Positions 26,653 through 35,403 of a stretch of DNA of 64,000 nt are shown in pieces (positions within the stretch are counted from its first letter, which is position 1; the number at the start of each line of letters is the position of its first letter). A program made the translations under genes and the position numbers. The stretch comes from Candidatus Enterousia sp. (GTDB lineage: Bacteria; Pseudomonadota; Alphaproteobacteria; Rs-D84), in NCBI GenBank assembly GCA_045614665.1, contig JAZLDI010000002.1, positions 3,366 to 67,365 of the forward strand, read 5' to 3'. The notes beneath the pieces were generated by a model. The model had not been told where the DNA came from and did not search any database. It saw only the letters and a program-made list of their open reading frames with translations.

Positions 26653-27243
26653 ATGATATATTTTGTTTTTGCAATAATTATTGCCTATTTGCTGGGGTCT
26701 ATCCCAATGGGACTGTTGTTTACTAAAATGATGGGTAAAGGCGACCTGCGCAAGGTGGGCAGTGGTAATATTGGCGCAACAAACGTTATGCGTGTCGGGG
26801 GACTGCGTATGGCGGGGTTGGTTTGGATTCTGGATATGTTAAAGGCAATTGTTGCGGTATTTATTGGTTATTGGGTTGCTGATTTGGCATTTGGTGCCTG
26901 GTGTGGGTTCGCGGCAATTGTTGGACATTGTTATCCGGTGTGGCTGCATTTCCGTGGGGGCAAGGGGATTTCATCTTTATTTGGTGTGTTGCTGGCGGTC
27001 AGTCCTGTGTCTTTTGCTGTATGTGGAATTGAGTGGTTGTTGGTTGCACTGACGTCTGGGATTTCATCGCTGGGGGCGGTGATTGTGTTTTGTTTGATTC
27101 CTGTATTGGGTTTTGCAATTAGTTGCTCGGTTGGTTGGCCATTCCTGGCGATTGGGTTGCTTTGTATGTGGCGACATCGTGCGAATATTGGACGACTGAT
27201 TGGTGGGACAGAATCAAAAATAGAATGGAAGTGGAAAAAATAA
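26653..27243 (+). CDS. plsY: glycerol-3-phosphate acyltransferase PlsY
   Basis: 196 aa membrane protein with the GSGNIGATNVMR motif. Confidence 0.9.
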   Translation: MIYFVFAIIIAYLLGSIPMGLLFTKMMGKGDLRKVGSGNIGATNVMRVGGLRMAGLVWILDMLKAIVAVFIGYWVADLAFGAWCGFAAIVGHCYPVWLHFRGGKGISSLFGVLLAVSPVSFAVCGIEWLLVALTSGISSLGAVIVFCLIPVLGFAISCSVGWPFLAIGLLCMWRHRANIGRLIGGTESKIEWKWKK

Positions 27244-27248
27244 TTTTA

Positions 27249-27278
27249 ACGGTCACATTGTTGTGGCCGTTTGTTTTT
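27249..27278 (+). terminator. rho-independent terminator of plsY
   Basis: ACGGTCACA-TTGT-TGTGGCCGT hairpin followed by TTGTTTTT. Its arms are identical to the terminator at 8867-8890. Confidence 0.6.
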
Positions 27279-27339
27279 CATCTTTAATTTTAAGATGTTT
27301 TGTGGTATAATTATATTTGATATTACTAGGGAGAAAGGG

Positions 27340-28167
27340 ATGGTGAGAAGTCTGCTCGTTGTGTTTGCGATGTTGTCTGTTATGGGCCCGGCGTGGACCG
27401 CGGTGCCACCCGCAGGGCGTGGACGTGCATCGATGGCAAATCAGATGGGGGCGCGTGCGCTATCTAAGAACTATGTCAATAGTACGGTTACAACAAATAC
27501 TGTGCCCGCTGATGCAGTTGTGGGGGTTGAAGCTCCAACAGTTGTACCAGATGTTGTAAAGGAAAAAAATATGCGTGAACGTGAAAAGGCGGCCTGTATC
27601 CAAAATAATATTGGTGTAGGGGCAACTTTTGTTTGGGCATCAAGGTACAGTAACAGTGCAGATTATAATTCTATGATAGAGGATGTAGAGTTCCCAGAAA
27701 ACAACGTATGTTTTGTAAAGGTTGGATTGAAGTCAAAAGATTCTAGTATCAATGTTTCAGATATACCAACAAAATATTTTGTAATGGGTGAAAATATTAC
27801 CTGTGGTGAGTGGACAAATGAAGAAAAATTGAAAGATCGTATCTTGGAGGCCAAGAAAAAAGGTCGTACATGGGCAACGGTTGGTGGTGCTGTTGGCGGC
27901 GCAGGAATTGGCGTTGGTGCAATGGAATTGTTCGGTAACAAGTTAATTGGTGGCGCGGTAGAGGGACAAGCGGGTATAAAGGATAAGACAGAATTGCTGT
28001 GTTCCCAGTTGAAGGTTTTGCATCAGGAAAAGTCTTCTAAGTATAATGATATTCGTGATTCTTTGACTGAATTAAAGAAGTATTGTGATGATTCGTCCGC
28101 GTGGCCAGATGGGGGTGCGCCAAATGACTGCAAGGAATTTGATTATGATGCCTTGTTGAAATGTTAA
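27340..28167 (+). CDS. hypothetical exported Cys-containing protein with a glycine-zipper hydrophobic segment
   Basis: The AGGGAGAAAGGG RBS favours ATG 27340. Signal peptide LLVVFAMLSVMGPAWTA, a GGAVGGAGIGVGAM segment, and several Cys. No motif recognised. Confidence 0.5.
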   Translation: MVRSLLVVFAMLSVMGPAWTAVPPAGRGRASMANQMGARALSKNYVNSTVTTNTVPADAVVGVEAPTVVPDVVKEKNMREREKAACIQNNIGVGATFVWASRYSNSADYNSMIEDVEFPENNVCFVKVGLKSKDSSINVSDIPTKYFVMGENITCGEWTNEEKLKDRILEAKKKGRTWATVGGAVGGAGIGVGAMELFGNKLIGGAVEGQAGIKDKTELLCSQLKVLHQEKSSKYNDIRDSLTELKKYCDDSSAWPDGGAPNDCKEFDYDALLKC

Positions 28168-28169
28168 AA

Positions 28170-28197
28170 AAATCCCCGTAACGGGGATTTAATTTTT
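28170..28197 (+). terminator. rho-independent terminator
   Basis: AAATCCCCG-TAA-CGGGGATTT hairpin followed by a T-rich run. Confidence 0.65.
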
Positions 28198-28236
28198 GAC
28201 TTTTATCATTATATATAAATTCGCTATGATCATAAT

Positions 28237-29259
28237 ATGAAAGATTTATTTGAAAAATTGCTGATTTTGCGAACGCCGGGTATTGGACCTGCGCGATATA
28301 ATGATTTGATTGCGCGATTCGGTTCTGTGGAACAGGCGGCCGCCAGTTTAACGAAAGATGTGTCACATATTGATATGGTGCGTCGTGAAATGGAAAATGC
28401 CGCAAATCTGGGGATAGAATACATATGTGATGATGATGCGCGATATCCCGTGGGATTAAAAGCTGTTAAAAATCATTCGCCGGTAATTTCTGTGCGTGGC
28501 AATATTGATGCATTGACGCGTCCAGTTGTGTCGATGGTTGGAACGCGGCATGCAACGGCGGCGGGGATGAATTTTATGGCGGATATATCAACGGCGTTTG
28601 CCACGCATGGTTTTGTTGTGGCATCTGGTATGGCAATGGGGTGTGATACGGCGGCGCATCGTGGCGCATTACGTGCAGAGGCGGATTTGGTGACGATTGC
28701 GGTGTTGGCTGGCGGGGTAGACTATGTATGGCCACTTGAAAACGAATCGCTTTATTATCAAATCTTGGAACGTGGATGCGTAATAAGTGAAATGCCGGTT
28801 GGTTTCAAGCCGACGGCGCCAAATTTTGTTCAGCGTAATCGAATCGTTGCGGGGTTGGGAGACACATTGATTCTGGGTGAAGCCGATATGAAGTCTGGCT
28901 CTATGACGACGGCGCGATTCGCAATTGAATATGGACGGACGGTATATGCAATTCCATCACATCCGTCAGATCCGCGGGGTGCTGGGCCTAATTCTTTGAT
29001 TCGTGCGGGTGTGGCAACACTTTGTATGGGGGTGGGGGATTTTTTTGAAAAAGGAGATTGTTTGTCCCAAAAACAAAAAAATGAGAAAAATGTCGATTCG
29101 GAAAACAATCTTATTGATGCATTGGGAACAATTCCAGTGTCAGAATCTGTATTGGCAGAGGTTGTCAAAAAATCCATTTCGGAAATTAAAAGCGAGTTAG
29201 TTGTTTTAGAATTGCAAGGAATAGTGCGAAAAGTTGATGGTGGTTATGTTCGTGCGTGA
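28237..29259 (+). CDS. dprA: DNA processing protein DprA (Smf)
   Basis: 340 aa. N-terminal RTPGIGPARYNDLIARFGS, Rossmann-like core VSMVGTRHATAAG...GADMKSGSMTTARFAIEYGRTVYAIP, and a C-terminal winged-helix-like tail. Confidence 0.88.
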   Translation: MKDLFEKLLILRTPGIGPARYNDLIARFGSVEQAAASLTKDVSHIDMVRREMENAANLGIEYICDDDARYPVGLKAVKNHSPVISVRGNIDALTRPVVSMVGTRHATAAGMNFMADISTAFATHGFVVASGMAMGCDTAAHRGALRAEADLVTIAVLAGGVDYVWPLENESLYYQILERGCVISEMPVGFKPTAPNFVQRNRIVAGLGDTLILGEADMKSGSMTTARFAIEYGRTVYAIPSHPSDPRGAGPNSLIRAGVATLCMGVGDFFEKGDCLSQKQKNEKNVDSENNLIDALGTIPVSESVLAEVVKKSISEIKSELVVLELQGIVRKVDGGYVRA

Positions 29260-29267
29260 CGAGATTT

Positions 29268-29289
29268 GTGTATATACAGTGTATATACA
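29268..29289. repeat. tandem 11-mer x2, each containing the palindrome TGTATATACA
   Basis: GTGTATATACA GTGTATATACA read directly, 9 nt after the dprA stop. Confidence 0.8.
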
Positions 29290-29480
29290 AGGTGCAGAAA
29301 TCGGGCAAAAAAACGAATCGTTGTCAAAAAAATAAATGTTAAAAAAACGTTTTAAAGTGGTTGTAAATAGAAATTAATCTTATAAATTATTTGACGTATC
29401 CAAAACGATAGAAATATCACAAAAGGGTGCGGAACATTTCTTAATGATATAAAGAAAAGTTTTGTGCCAACAATATGAAT

Positions 29481-29514
29481 TGTACCTGGTTTTTGGAAGG
29501 AAGAACCTGGTACA
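29481..29514. repeat. 11-bp inverted repeat in the dnaA upstream region
   Basis: TGTACCTGGTT ... AACCTGGTACA (10 of 11 complementary) separated by 12 nt (TTTGGAAGGAAG). Confidence 0.75.
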
Positions 29515-29661
29515 GAAGCGAGAAGAGTGTAGAAGTTAGGGCAAGTATAAACACTAAATTTTTTCATTATCATGGAAAGATTTAGCGTTTATGTGCGGGT
29601 GTCTTTTGCAATCAAAACGCGGGATGCGGGGCAACAAAACGGGAAGGAAAGGAGAAAAAGA

Positions 29662-30948
29662 ATGCAGGCAATGGCGACAAATCAAATGGTAAACGTTGAT
29701 GTTATCAAGGGGGCAGTCGCCGAAAAAATTGATGCCGCTGGCTTTACTTCTTGGATTGCGCCGATTGCATTTGAAATTGAAAATAGCGTTTTGAATTGTG
29801 GCGTGCAGAATCAATTCTCTTTTAATTATATCAATGCGGCATATGGAAATGTTTTGCGTAATGTTGCGGAAAGTTTTGGTTTGGCTTTAAATGTTTATGT
29901 TGCGGGTACAAAACGCAGCGCATCTGTTGCGACGGTTGCTAATGACAATAATACACAATCTTTTGCGCCAAGTGTTGCGCCAGAGGCAAACAATGTCGTT
30001 GCATTCGATTCGTTTGTTGCAACGGACGACAATGTTTTTGTTCTGTCGGCGTGCAAGAAGATTGCAGCGGGCGCGGCATCTTTTTCCCCATTGTATATTC
30101 ACGGGGCGGCCGGATGTGGAAAATCTTTGTTGGCGGGATGTGTTAAAAATGCATCCACGGGTCGCGTTATTATGATGAATGGCGGTCAATTTGTATCAGA
30201 TTTTACACGCAGTTTGCACGATCGTACCGTTTTTGCGTTTAAAGATTATTGTCGTAATTGTGATACGTTTATCTTGGACGATGTGCAAAGTCTGGCCGGC
30301 AAAAAGGCAACAATGGATGAATTCTTGCAATTGGTTATGGATTTAAAAGCGGCGGGCAAGAATGTTGTTTTAACTGCGAATGCGGCGCCAAACAATTTGA
30401 CTGGTTTTGACCGTCGTGCACAGTCTTTGTTGGCATCTGGCTTGGTTGCGGATGTTGCGGCACCAAATGCACACGTTAAATCTGTTTTATTGCGCCGTGC
30501 GGGTGTTGCAGCGGATGTTGCAAATGAATTGGCGAATCGCATTGCAAATGATGGACACTTGGTTGCGGGTGTGGCGACAAAAATCAAAACTTATTCTGAA
30601 TTGATGGGTGCAAATGTTGATATGGATGTTGCATCACGTTTGTTGGCAGATACATTACAGCGTGCAAAAACACCATTGGCAATGGTAAAAAATATGTGTG
30701 AAAAATTAGGTGTCTCATACGAAGCGGTATGTGGTACCGGGCGTAGTCGTAATTTGGTCTTGGCACGCCAGACAATGATGGCGGTGTTAAAGGGTGCAAC
30801 GGGTCTGTCATTGGCAGAAATTGGTAATTATGTTGGTGGACGTGACCATGCGACGGTTTTGTATGCGGTACGTCAAATTGAAAAACAAAAGGCGAATGAT
30901 TTATTGTTAGCCGCCCAGATTCAACAGTTGATTAATGAATGCAGATAA
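29662..30948 (+). CDS. dnaA: chromosomal replication initiator protein DnaA
   Basis: ATG 29662 is preceded by GGAAAGGAG. Walker A GAAGCGKSLL, and a C-terminal DNA-binding domain RSRNLVLARQTMMAVLKGATGLSLAEIGNYVGGRDHATVLYAVRQIE. The track ORF start at 29572 adds a non-homologous extension. Confidence 0.9.
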   Translation: MQAMATNQMVNVDVIKGAVAEKIDAAGFTSWIAPIAFEIENSVLNCGVQNQFSFNYINAAYGNVLRNVAESFGLALNVYVAGTKRSASVATVANDNNTQSFAPSVAPEANNVVAFDSFVATDDNVFVLSACKKIAAGAASFSPLYIHGAAGCGKSLLAGCVKNASTGRVIMMNGGQFVSDFTRSLHDRTVFAFKDYCRNCDTFILDDVQSLAGKKATMDEFLQLVMDLKAAGKNVVLTANAAPNNLTGFDRRAQSLLASGLVADVAAPNAHVKSVLLRRAGVAADVANELANRIANDGHLVAGVATKIKTYSELMGANVDMDVASRLLADTLQRAKTPLAMVKNMCEKLGVSYEAVCGTGRSRNLVLARQTMMAVLKGATGLSLAEIGNYVGGRDHATVLYAVRQIEKQKANDLLLAAQIQQLINECR

Positions 30949-30951
30949 TAA

Positions 30952-30980
30952 AAAACCGCACCCGTTTGGGTGGTTTTTTA
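30952..30980 (+). terminator. rho-independent terminator of dnaA
   Basis: AAAACCGCACCC-GTTT-GGGTGGTTTTTT hairpin with one bulge. Confidence 0.55.
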
Positions 30981-31037
30981 TTTGGTTATATGTTGTTTTT
31001 ATGATAAAATACATTTGATATTATATGGGGGAATGTA

Positions 31038-32702
31038 ATGAAAAGGATTTTTTCATTAGCGATTTTGTTTTCTTTGGTATCTGTTTCGGTGTGGGCTGGT
31101 CATTGGGCTGATATGAGATCAAAGACTTGTGGTGGAGCTAACGAGTATTATCGACTGGATAATTCTGGTAGCTATTGTTTGGAATGTGATGATGATAGTG
31201 GGGATGCCCCGGCAAAGACACGTGTGTATTGGGCAGATTCAGGAAATGTTTATAGTAGAAAGTGTTTTATTAGTCCGAATCTCACCGGCGATGATCGTTG
31301 GATGGATCGAGAAAGTGTTTCACAATGTGCTGGTAAATGTAATGCACCAAAACAGAAAATTCCAGATACAGATAGTTTGTATATTTGTGGTAAAATAAAT
31401 TTAGCGATAAAGTCTTGGCATGATAGCGTTTTAGTTCAAGGCGGTTCACTTGATGATATAGATTGTTACTATATTGGATGTGGTCCTGATGAACCGTTGG
31501 GAACCAAAAAAGATCTAGATAAATGTAGTGCTGAAAATGATCCAAGTGCCACAAAGTGTGAGCAGGTTTGTGTGCTGGAATCGCCAAATTCGAAAAAGGC
31601 GGTTTGGAAGACTTATGTAAAAGAATGTAAAGATGGTATGACACCAGGTGGGTTCAACGAATATGGTTATACCAAGTGTGAAGGCGGTAATGGCAGTGTT
31701 AACCCTGGTGGCGGAAACCCCGGTGGTGGTTCGTCCAATGTGTCGGGATCGTGTGGAAACGAAATAAGAACGACAGATACCGCCGGACGTGGCGCATATA
31801 TTGTGCACTGGTACCGGGTCAAGGGTTGGAAGGGGACGTATCCAGGTAATGGAATGAATGACTTTAATTGTACCGTTTCGGGTAAGCATTTGGATGTCTA
31901 TGAAGAAAATGGTACATGGTATACAACAGGTAAATGTGTTTCTGAATCAAAGCGTCCGGGATGTACCCAGGCATATCCAGAGGGGCAGGCGCCAGGTTCA
32001 GGACAAAATGCTACAAGCCAAAAGAATTGTGAGGATTCGTATGGAACATGGGCAAATGGAGTGTGTGTATGTGATGCAAATAAAAATTTAATCAAAGACC
32101 CAAATGCTTTTTGCGTGTGTAAAGATGCGGATCATGTTCGGGTGCCCGCCAGTAAATCTTGCGAGATGACGTATACAGCAAAAGCAAAGTTGCTGTGTGA
32201 AGCAGCGGCTGTATCTGGAGCGGTTTGGAATGGTGTGGAATGTGCTTGTTCAGAGGTGAATAAGGAATGGAATGGCGCATCGTGTGTTGTGTCGGTGGCC
32301 TATGAGCAGTGCAAAAATATATTAGATGCTACGTGGAATACAGTAAAAAAACAATGCGTATGTAACGATGCGAACAAGATTGTTAATAAAGCAGGTACTA
32401 AGTGCGTGGAAACCCCACAAACTGTGGCGACAAGAAAAATTGGTGGTGCATTGGAGGATTTACGTGCTTTTGTTGCGGATTTGGAAGTCAGCAAGTGGAA
32501 AGATGCCGAAGGCAACTTTAATACCGCGCGTTTGGCATCGGATTTGACGGCTGGTGTTGTGTTGGGAACGGCCGGGGCATTGATTACCAGCAGTGTTGTA
32601 AAAAAGAATCAGGTAGAAAATGGTTTTGAAGATATAAGTTGCACAATTGGTGGTCAGACGGTTGCCGATTGGGGTGACGAGTTTACAGTTGGTGTCCATT
32701 AA
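31038..32702 (+). CDS. large Cys-rich exported protein with repeated W-x(3-5)-C-x-C modules and a C-terminal hydrophobic segment (hypothetical)
   Basis: 554 aa with a signal peptide ending VWA and more than 40 Cys. There is a G/N/P-rich linker (GGNGSVNPGGGNPGGGSS). Three repeats fit TWANGVCVCDANKN, VWNGVECACSEVNK and TWNTVKKQCVCNDANK. A hydrophobic stretch (LTAGVVLGTAGALITSSVV) lies near the C-terminus. Confidence 0.55.
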   Translation: MKRIFSLAILFSLVSVSVWAGHWADMRSKTCGGANEYYRLDNSGSYCLECDDDSGDAPAKTRVYWADSGNVYSRKCFISPNLTGDDRWMDRESVSQCAGKCNAPKQKIPDTDSLYICGKINLAIKSWHDSVLVQGGSLDDIDCYYIGCGPDEPLGTKKDLDKCSAENDPSATKCEQVCVLESPNSKKAVWKTYVKECKDGMTPGGFNEYGYTKCEGGNGSVNPGGGNPGGGSSNVSGSCGNEIRTTDTAGRGAYIVHWYRVKGWKGTYPGNGMNDFNCTVSGKHLDVYEENGTWYTTGKCVSESKRPGCTQAYPEGQAPGSGQNATSQKNCEDSYGTWANGVCVCDANKNLIKDPNAFCVCKDADHVRVPASKSCEMTYTAKAKLLCEAAAVSGAVWNGVECACSEVNKEWNGASCVVSVAYEQCKNILDATWNTVKKQCVCNDANKIVNKAGTKCVETPQTVATRKIGGALEDLRAFVADLEVSKWKDAEGNFNTARLASDLTAGVVLGTAGALITSSVVKKNQVENGFEDISCTIGGQTVADWGDEFTVGVH

Positions 32703-32704
32703 AG

Positions 32705-32729
32705 AAAATCCCGCGATACGCGGGATTTT
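32705..32729. terminator. bidirectional terminator hairpin between convergent genes
   Basis: AAAATCCCGCG-ATA-CGCGGGATTTT, with A and T runs on either side. Confidence 0.65.
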
Positions 32730-33184
32730 TATTTTTGATTTTGTTTGACGAATTGTTCAAATAATTGATCGCGAATGTTTATTTGTCTGTTCAGGTCACG
32801 ACGTGTTGCGTGATTGAAGTGCGACATATAATCGTTTGCGAATTTATCAAAAATATAAAGTCCATGCGGGAATAACAATGCAACCGGTTCGTTGGTTGAT
32901 TTGTCCAAGTATTCAATTATTGTACTTGAAATTTTTTCCCCCAGGATGTCTTGGAACATTGTATGCTTTGTTCCCATTTCACCAGCCAATGGATTTGGAA
33001 ATTCGGTTGCATGCATCCAGCCACCGTTGTTTTGTACCTGGGTCCCGTTTTTATAAATAATAGCCAATGGTGTCTTTTTGCACAGGCAAAATGCAGAATA
33101 TGGCATCAGGGATGAAAAAGCGACTGTATATGTGTTCTTTTTCTTGTTGCTTACATGATTTTCAGGTATTTGCTTTCTTGTCAT
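32729..33184 (-). CDS. hypothetical protein (151 aa)
   Basis: ATG 33184 is preceded by AAGGA. The longer track ORF (to 33247) lacks an RBS. No motif recognised. Confidence 0.4.
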   Translation of the reverse strand: MTRKQIPENHVSNKKKNTYTVAFSSLMPYSAFCLCKKTPLAIIYKNGTQVQNNGGWMHATEFPNPLAGEMGTKHTMFQDILGEKISSTIIEYLDKSTNEPVALLFPHGLYIFDKFANDYMSHFNHATRRDLNRQINIRDQLFEQFVKQNQK

Positions 33185-33291
33185 TGTTTGTTTCCTTGTA
33201 ATTATTTTGTCGTTTAAGATTGTAGTACAAAAAAAACACACAGTCAAGTATTATAATAAAAAAACACCGAAAAACCGGTGTTTTTTTGTTT

Positions 33292-35331
33292 TTATACGAA
33301 CAGGTCTTTGACAAATTGGGCGTGTTCGGTGATGAATTTAAATCTAAATTCAGGCTTTTTGCCCATCAATTCCGAAACAATTGTTCGTGTTTTTTCGGTG
33401 TCTTCGATGCCATCTTCGGTACGTGGCGGTAAATCCACACGGATAAGGCGACGTGTTTTTGGTGACATCGTCGTTTCCTTTAACTGGTTTGGCATCATTT
33501 CGCCCAACCCCTTGAATCGGGAAATTTCAATTTTCTTGTTTTTATATTTTGTTGCTTTTAAATTTTCCAATTCTTCGTCCGTATCAACGTAAATCGATTC
33601 GGTTCCACAGGTCAGTTTATATAACGGTGGACAGGACAGGTACAAGTGTCCCCCATAAATCAATTGTGGCATAAACTGATAGAAAAACGCCATCAGCAGG
33701 GATGCAATATGACTGCCGTCGACGTCGGCATCGGTCATAACAATGATTTTTTCATAGCGTAATTTGTCTTCGTTCCAATCCTTGGCGGTACCGGCACCGA
33801 TGATATCGATAAGCTCGTTTAATTCCTTGTTATTGCCAAAGCGTTCATCGGAATTTGATATGACATTTAAGACTTTACCACGCAGGGGCATAATAGCCTG
33901 GGTTGCGCGATCGCGTGCCTGCTTGGCGGTGCCTCCGGCCGATTCCCCCTCTACAATAAACAATTCTGTGCCGGCGATGCCGTGTTTTGAACAGTCTGCC
34001 AATTTTGCCGGCATACGAATACGTTTTGTTGGGGTTTTGCGGGCAACGTCTTTGACCGCCTTGGTTTTGATGCGGGCGTTGGCCAAATTGATTACAAATT
34101 CTAGTAATGCATTTGCCGTCTTTGGATCAGATGCCAAAAACATTTCCCACGGATCACGCAGTGCGTTTTCGGTATAACGTGCCACCTCTGGATTAGATAA
34201 TTTTTCCTTGGTCTGGCCCAGGAATTGTGGTGTCTTGTAAAATACAGAAACAATTGCGGCAACGGAATCAAATACGTCTTCGCCGATAATGGTTGCGGCG
34301 GCTTTGTTATTAACCTTTTCTCCGTATGCCTTTATTCCCTTGGTTATTGCGGATTTAAAACCGGTTTCGTGGGTGCCCCCATCAATTGTTGCAATCGTAT
34401 TACAGTATGACGAGAAAAATCCATCGTCGGATGCCGCACCATTTTCATCGGTTAAAAATGTCAATGCCCATTCAACACGCCCCGAATCGTCTGGAAAATC
34501 AACAGAGCCACTAAATATTTTTGGTAAAATACGTGGTTTTGAATCCGTTTTTTCTGCCAAGAAATCCGCAACACCATTAGGGTAAAAGAATGTTGTTGTG
34601 GTGGGGATTCCCATATCCTCGGTCAATAATTCGGGATTACATTGCCAGTCTATTTTGACGCCACGGGACAGGAAAGCCTTGGCCCGGGCCATACGATAAA
34701 TTTTTACCGGCTTGAACGTTGCAGACGCGCCAAAGATATCATCATCTATTGTAAAACGGATTTTTGTGCCGTGCTTGCTTGTTGGTTCGCCACGTGTCAT
34801 TGGTGATGTTGTAATCCCGCGGGAAAATGTTTGGTGCCAGTTGTATCCGTCGCGTGCGATATCAACCACCATTTCAGATGACAAAGCATTTACAACCGCA
34901 GAACCAACACCGTGCAGACCGCCACTGGTCTTGTAAACATTATTATTAAATTTTCCGCCCGAATGCAGAGTGGTTAAGATAACCTCTAATGCGGATTTGC
35001 CGGGGTATTTTGGGTGTTCGTCGACCGGAATCCCACGACCGTCGTCGGTGATTTCAATTGTCTTGGAATCAATTAAATTAACCGTGATTTTTTTTGCAAA
35101 GCCGGCGACTGCCTCGTCAATTGAGTTGTCCATTATTTCAATTGGCAGGTGATGCCACGCTTTTTCGTCTGTGCCGCCTATGTACATCCCAGGGCGCAGG
35201 CGTACGGGTTCCAGACCCTCCAATACTTGGATGTCTGATGCGTCATATGTATGTGTGTGTTTATCTGTCATAATGCCATTATTATTAGAACATTTTTGAA
35301 ATTTTGGCAAGCCCAAAGAATTTAAACTCAT
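33292..35331 (-). CDS. parE: DNA topoisomerase IV subunit B (ParE); alternative start at 35271
   Basis: About 660-679 aa, too short for a proteobacterial GyrB. N-terminal YDASDIQVLEGLEPVRLRPGMYIGGTDE is the ParE-type GGTDE form. TOPRIM motifs ELFIVEGESAGG, PLRGKVLNV and IMTDADVDGSHI are present. Confidence 0.8.
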   Translation of the reverse strand: MSLNSLGLPKFQKCSNNNGIMTDKHTHTYDASDIQVLEGLEPVRLRPGMYIGGTDEKAWHHLPIEIMDNSIDEAVAGFAKKITVNLIDSKTIEITDDGRGIPVDEHPKYPGKSALEVILTTLHSGGKFNNNVYKTSGGLHGVGSAVVNALSSEMVVDIARDGYNWHQTFSRGITTSPMTRGEPTSKHGTKIRFTIDDDIFGASATFKPVKIYRMARAKAFLSRGVKIDWQCNPELLTEDMGIPTTTTFFYPNGVADFLAEKTDSKPRILPKIFSGSVDFPDDSGRVEWALTFLTDENGAASDDGFFSSYCNTIATIDGGTHETGFKSAITKGIKAYGEKVNNKAAATIIGEDVFDSVAAIVSVFYKTPQFLGQTKEKLSNPEVARYTENALRDPWEMFLASDPKTANALLEFVINLANARIKTKAVKDVARKTPTKRIRMPAKLADCSKHGIAGTELFIVEGESAGGTAKQARDRATQAIMPLRGKVLNVISNSDERFGNNKELNELIDIIGAGTAKDWNEDKLRYEKIIVMTDADVDGSHIASLLMAFFYQFMPQLIYGGHLYLSCPPLYKLTCGTESIYVDTDEELENLKATKYKNKKIEISRFKGLGEMMPNQLKETTMSPKTRRLIRVDLPPRTEDGIEDTEKTRTIVSELMGKKPEFRFKFITEHAQFVKDLFV

Positions 35332-35344
35332 TTTATATTTGGGG

Positions 35345-35376
35345 CTTGATTTTTAAGTGGCTGGGGCTTATATAAT
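35345..35376 (+). promoter_or_regulatory. candidate heat-shock (sigma32-type) promoter of dnaJ, overlapping a sigma70-like -10
   Basis: CTTG (35345-35348), 18 nt, CTTATAT (35367-35373). This resembles the alphaproteobacterial RpoH consensus CTTG-N17/18-CYTATNT. TATAAT is at 35371-35376. Confidence 0.35.
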
Positions 35377-35403
35377 CTGTAACTAAAATAATAGGCGAAT
35401 AAT

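Noticed and set aside
29481-29514. Possible SRP (4.5S) RNA helix-8-like element, because the inverted repeat encloses TTTGGAAGGAAG. This resembles the GGAA tetraloop and the GGAAGCAGC 3' side of SRP RNA.
   Set aside because: The conserved 5'-side symmetric loop (CAGG context) is missing. The stem is only 11 bp with no extended flanking pairing, and the closing pairs around GGAA would be U-G/U-A. It is more likely a protein-binding inverted repeat in the dnaA upstream region.
29260-29661. Calling the dprA-dnaA spacer the replication origin.
   Set aside because: I found no DnaA-box match better than 7/9 to TTATCCACA, and I cannot compute GC skew here. dnaN is 12 kb away, so the classic dnaA-oriC-dnaN layout does not apply. 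It is reported only as a structured regulatory spacer.
29572-29661. N-terminal extensions suggested by the ORF track for dnaA (29572), ppa (43961), the OMP genes (8973, 53875), the secretin (24465), tolB (48526), uvrC (38976), the DUF218 gene (52399), the pilin (38953) and the gat-insert ORF (18132).
   Set aside because: The extensions lack an RBS and encode non-homologous or non-signal-like residues. They overlap promoters, terminators or neighbouring genes. Internal starts with good Shine-Dalgarno sequences give canonical N-termini or signal peptides.
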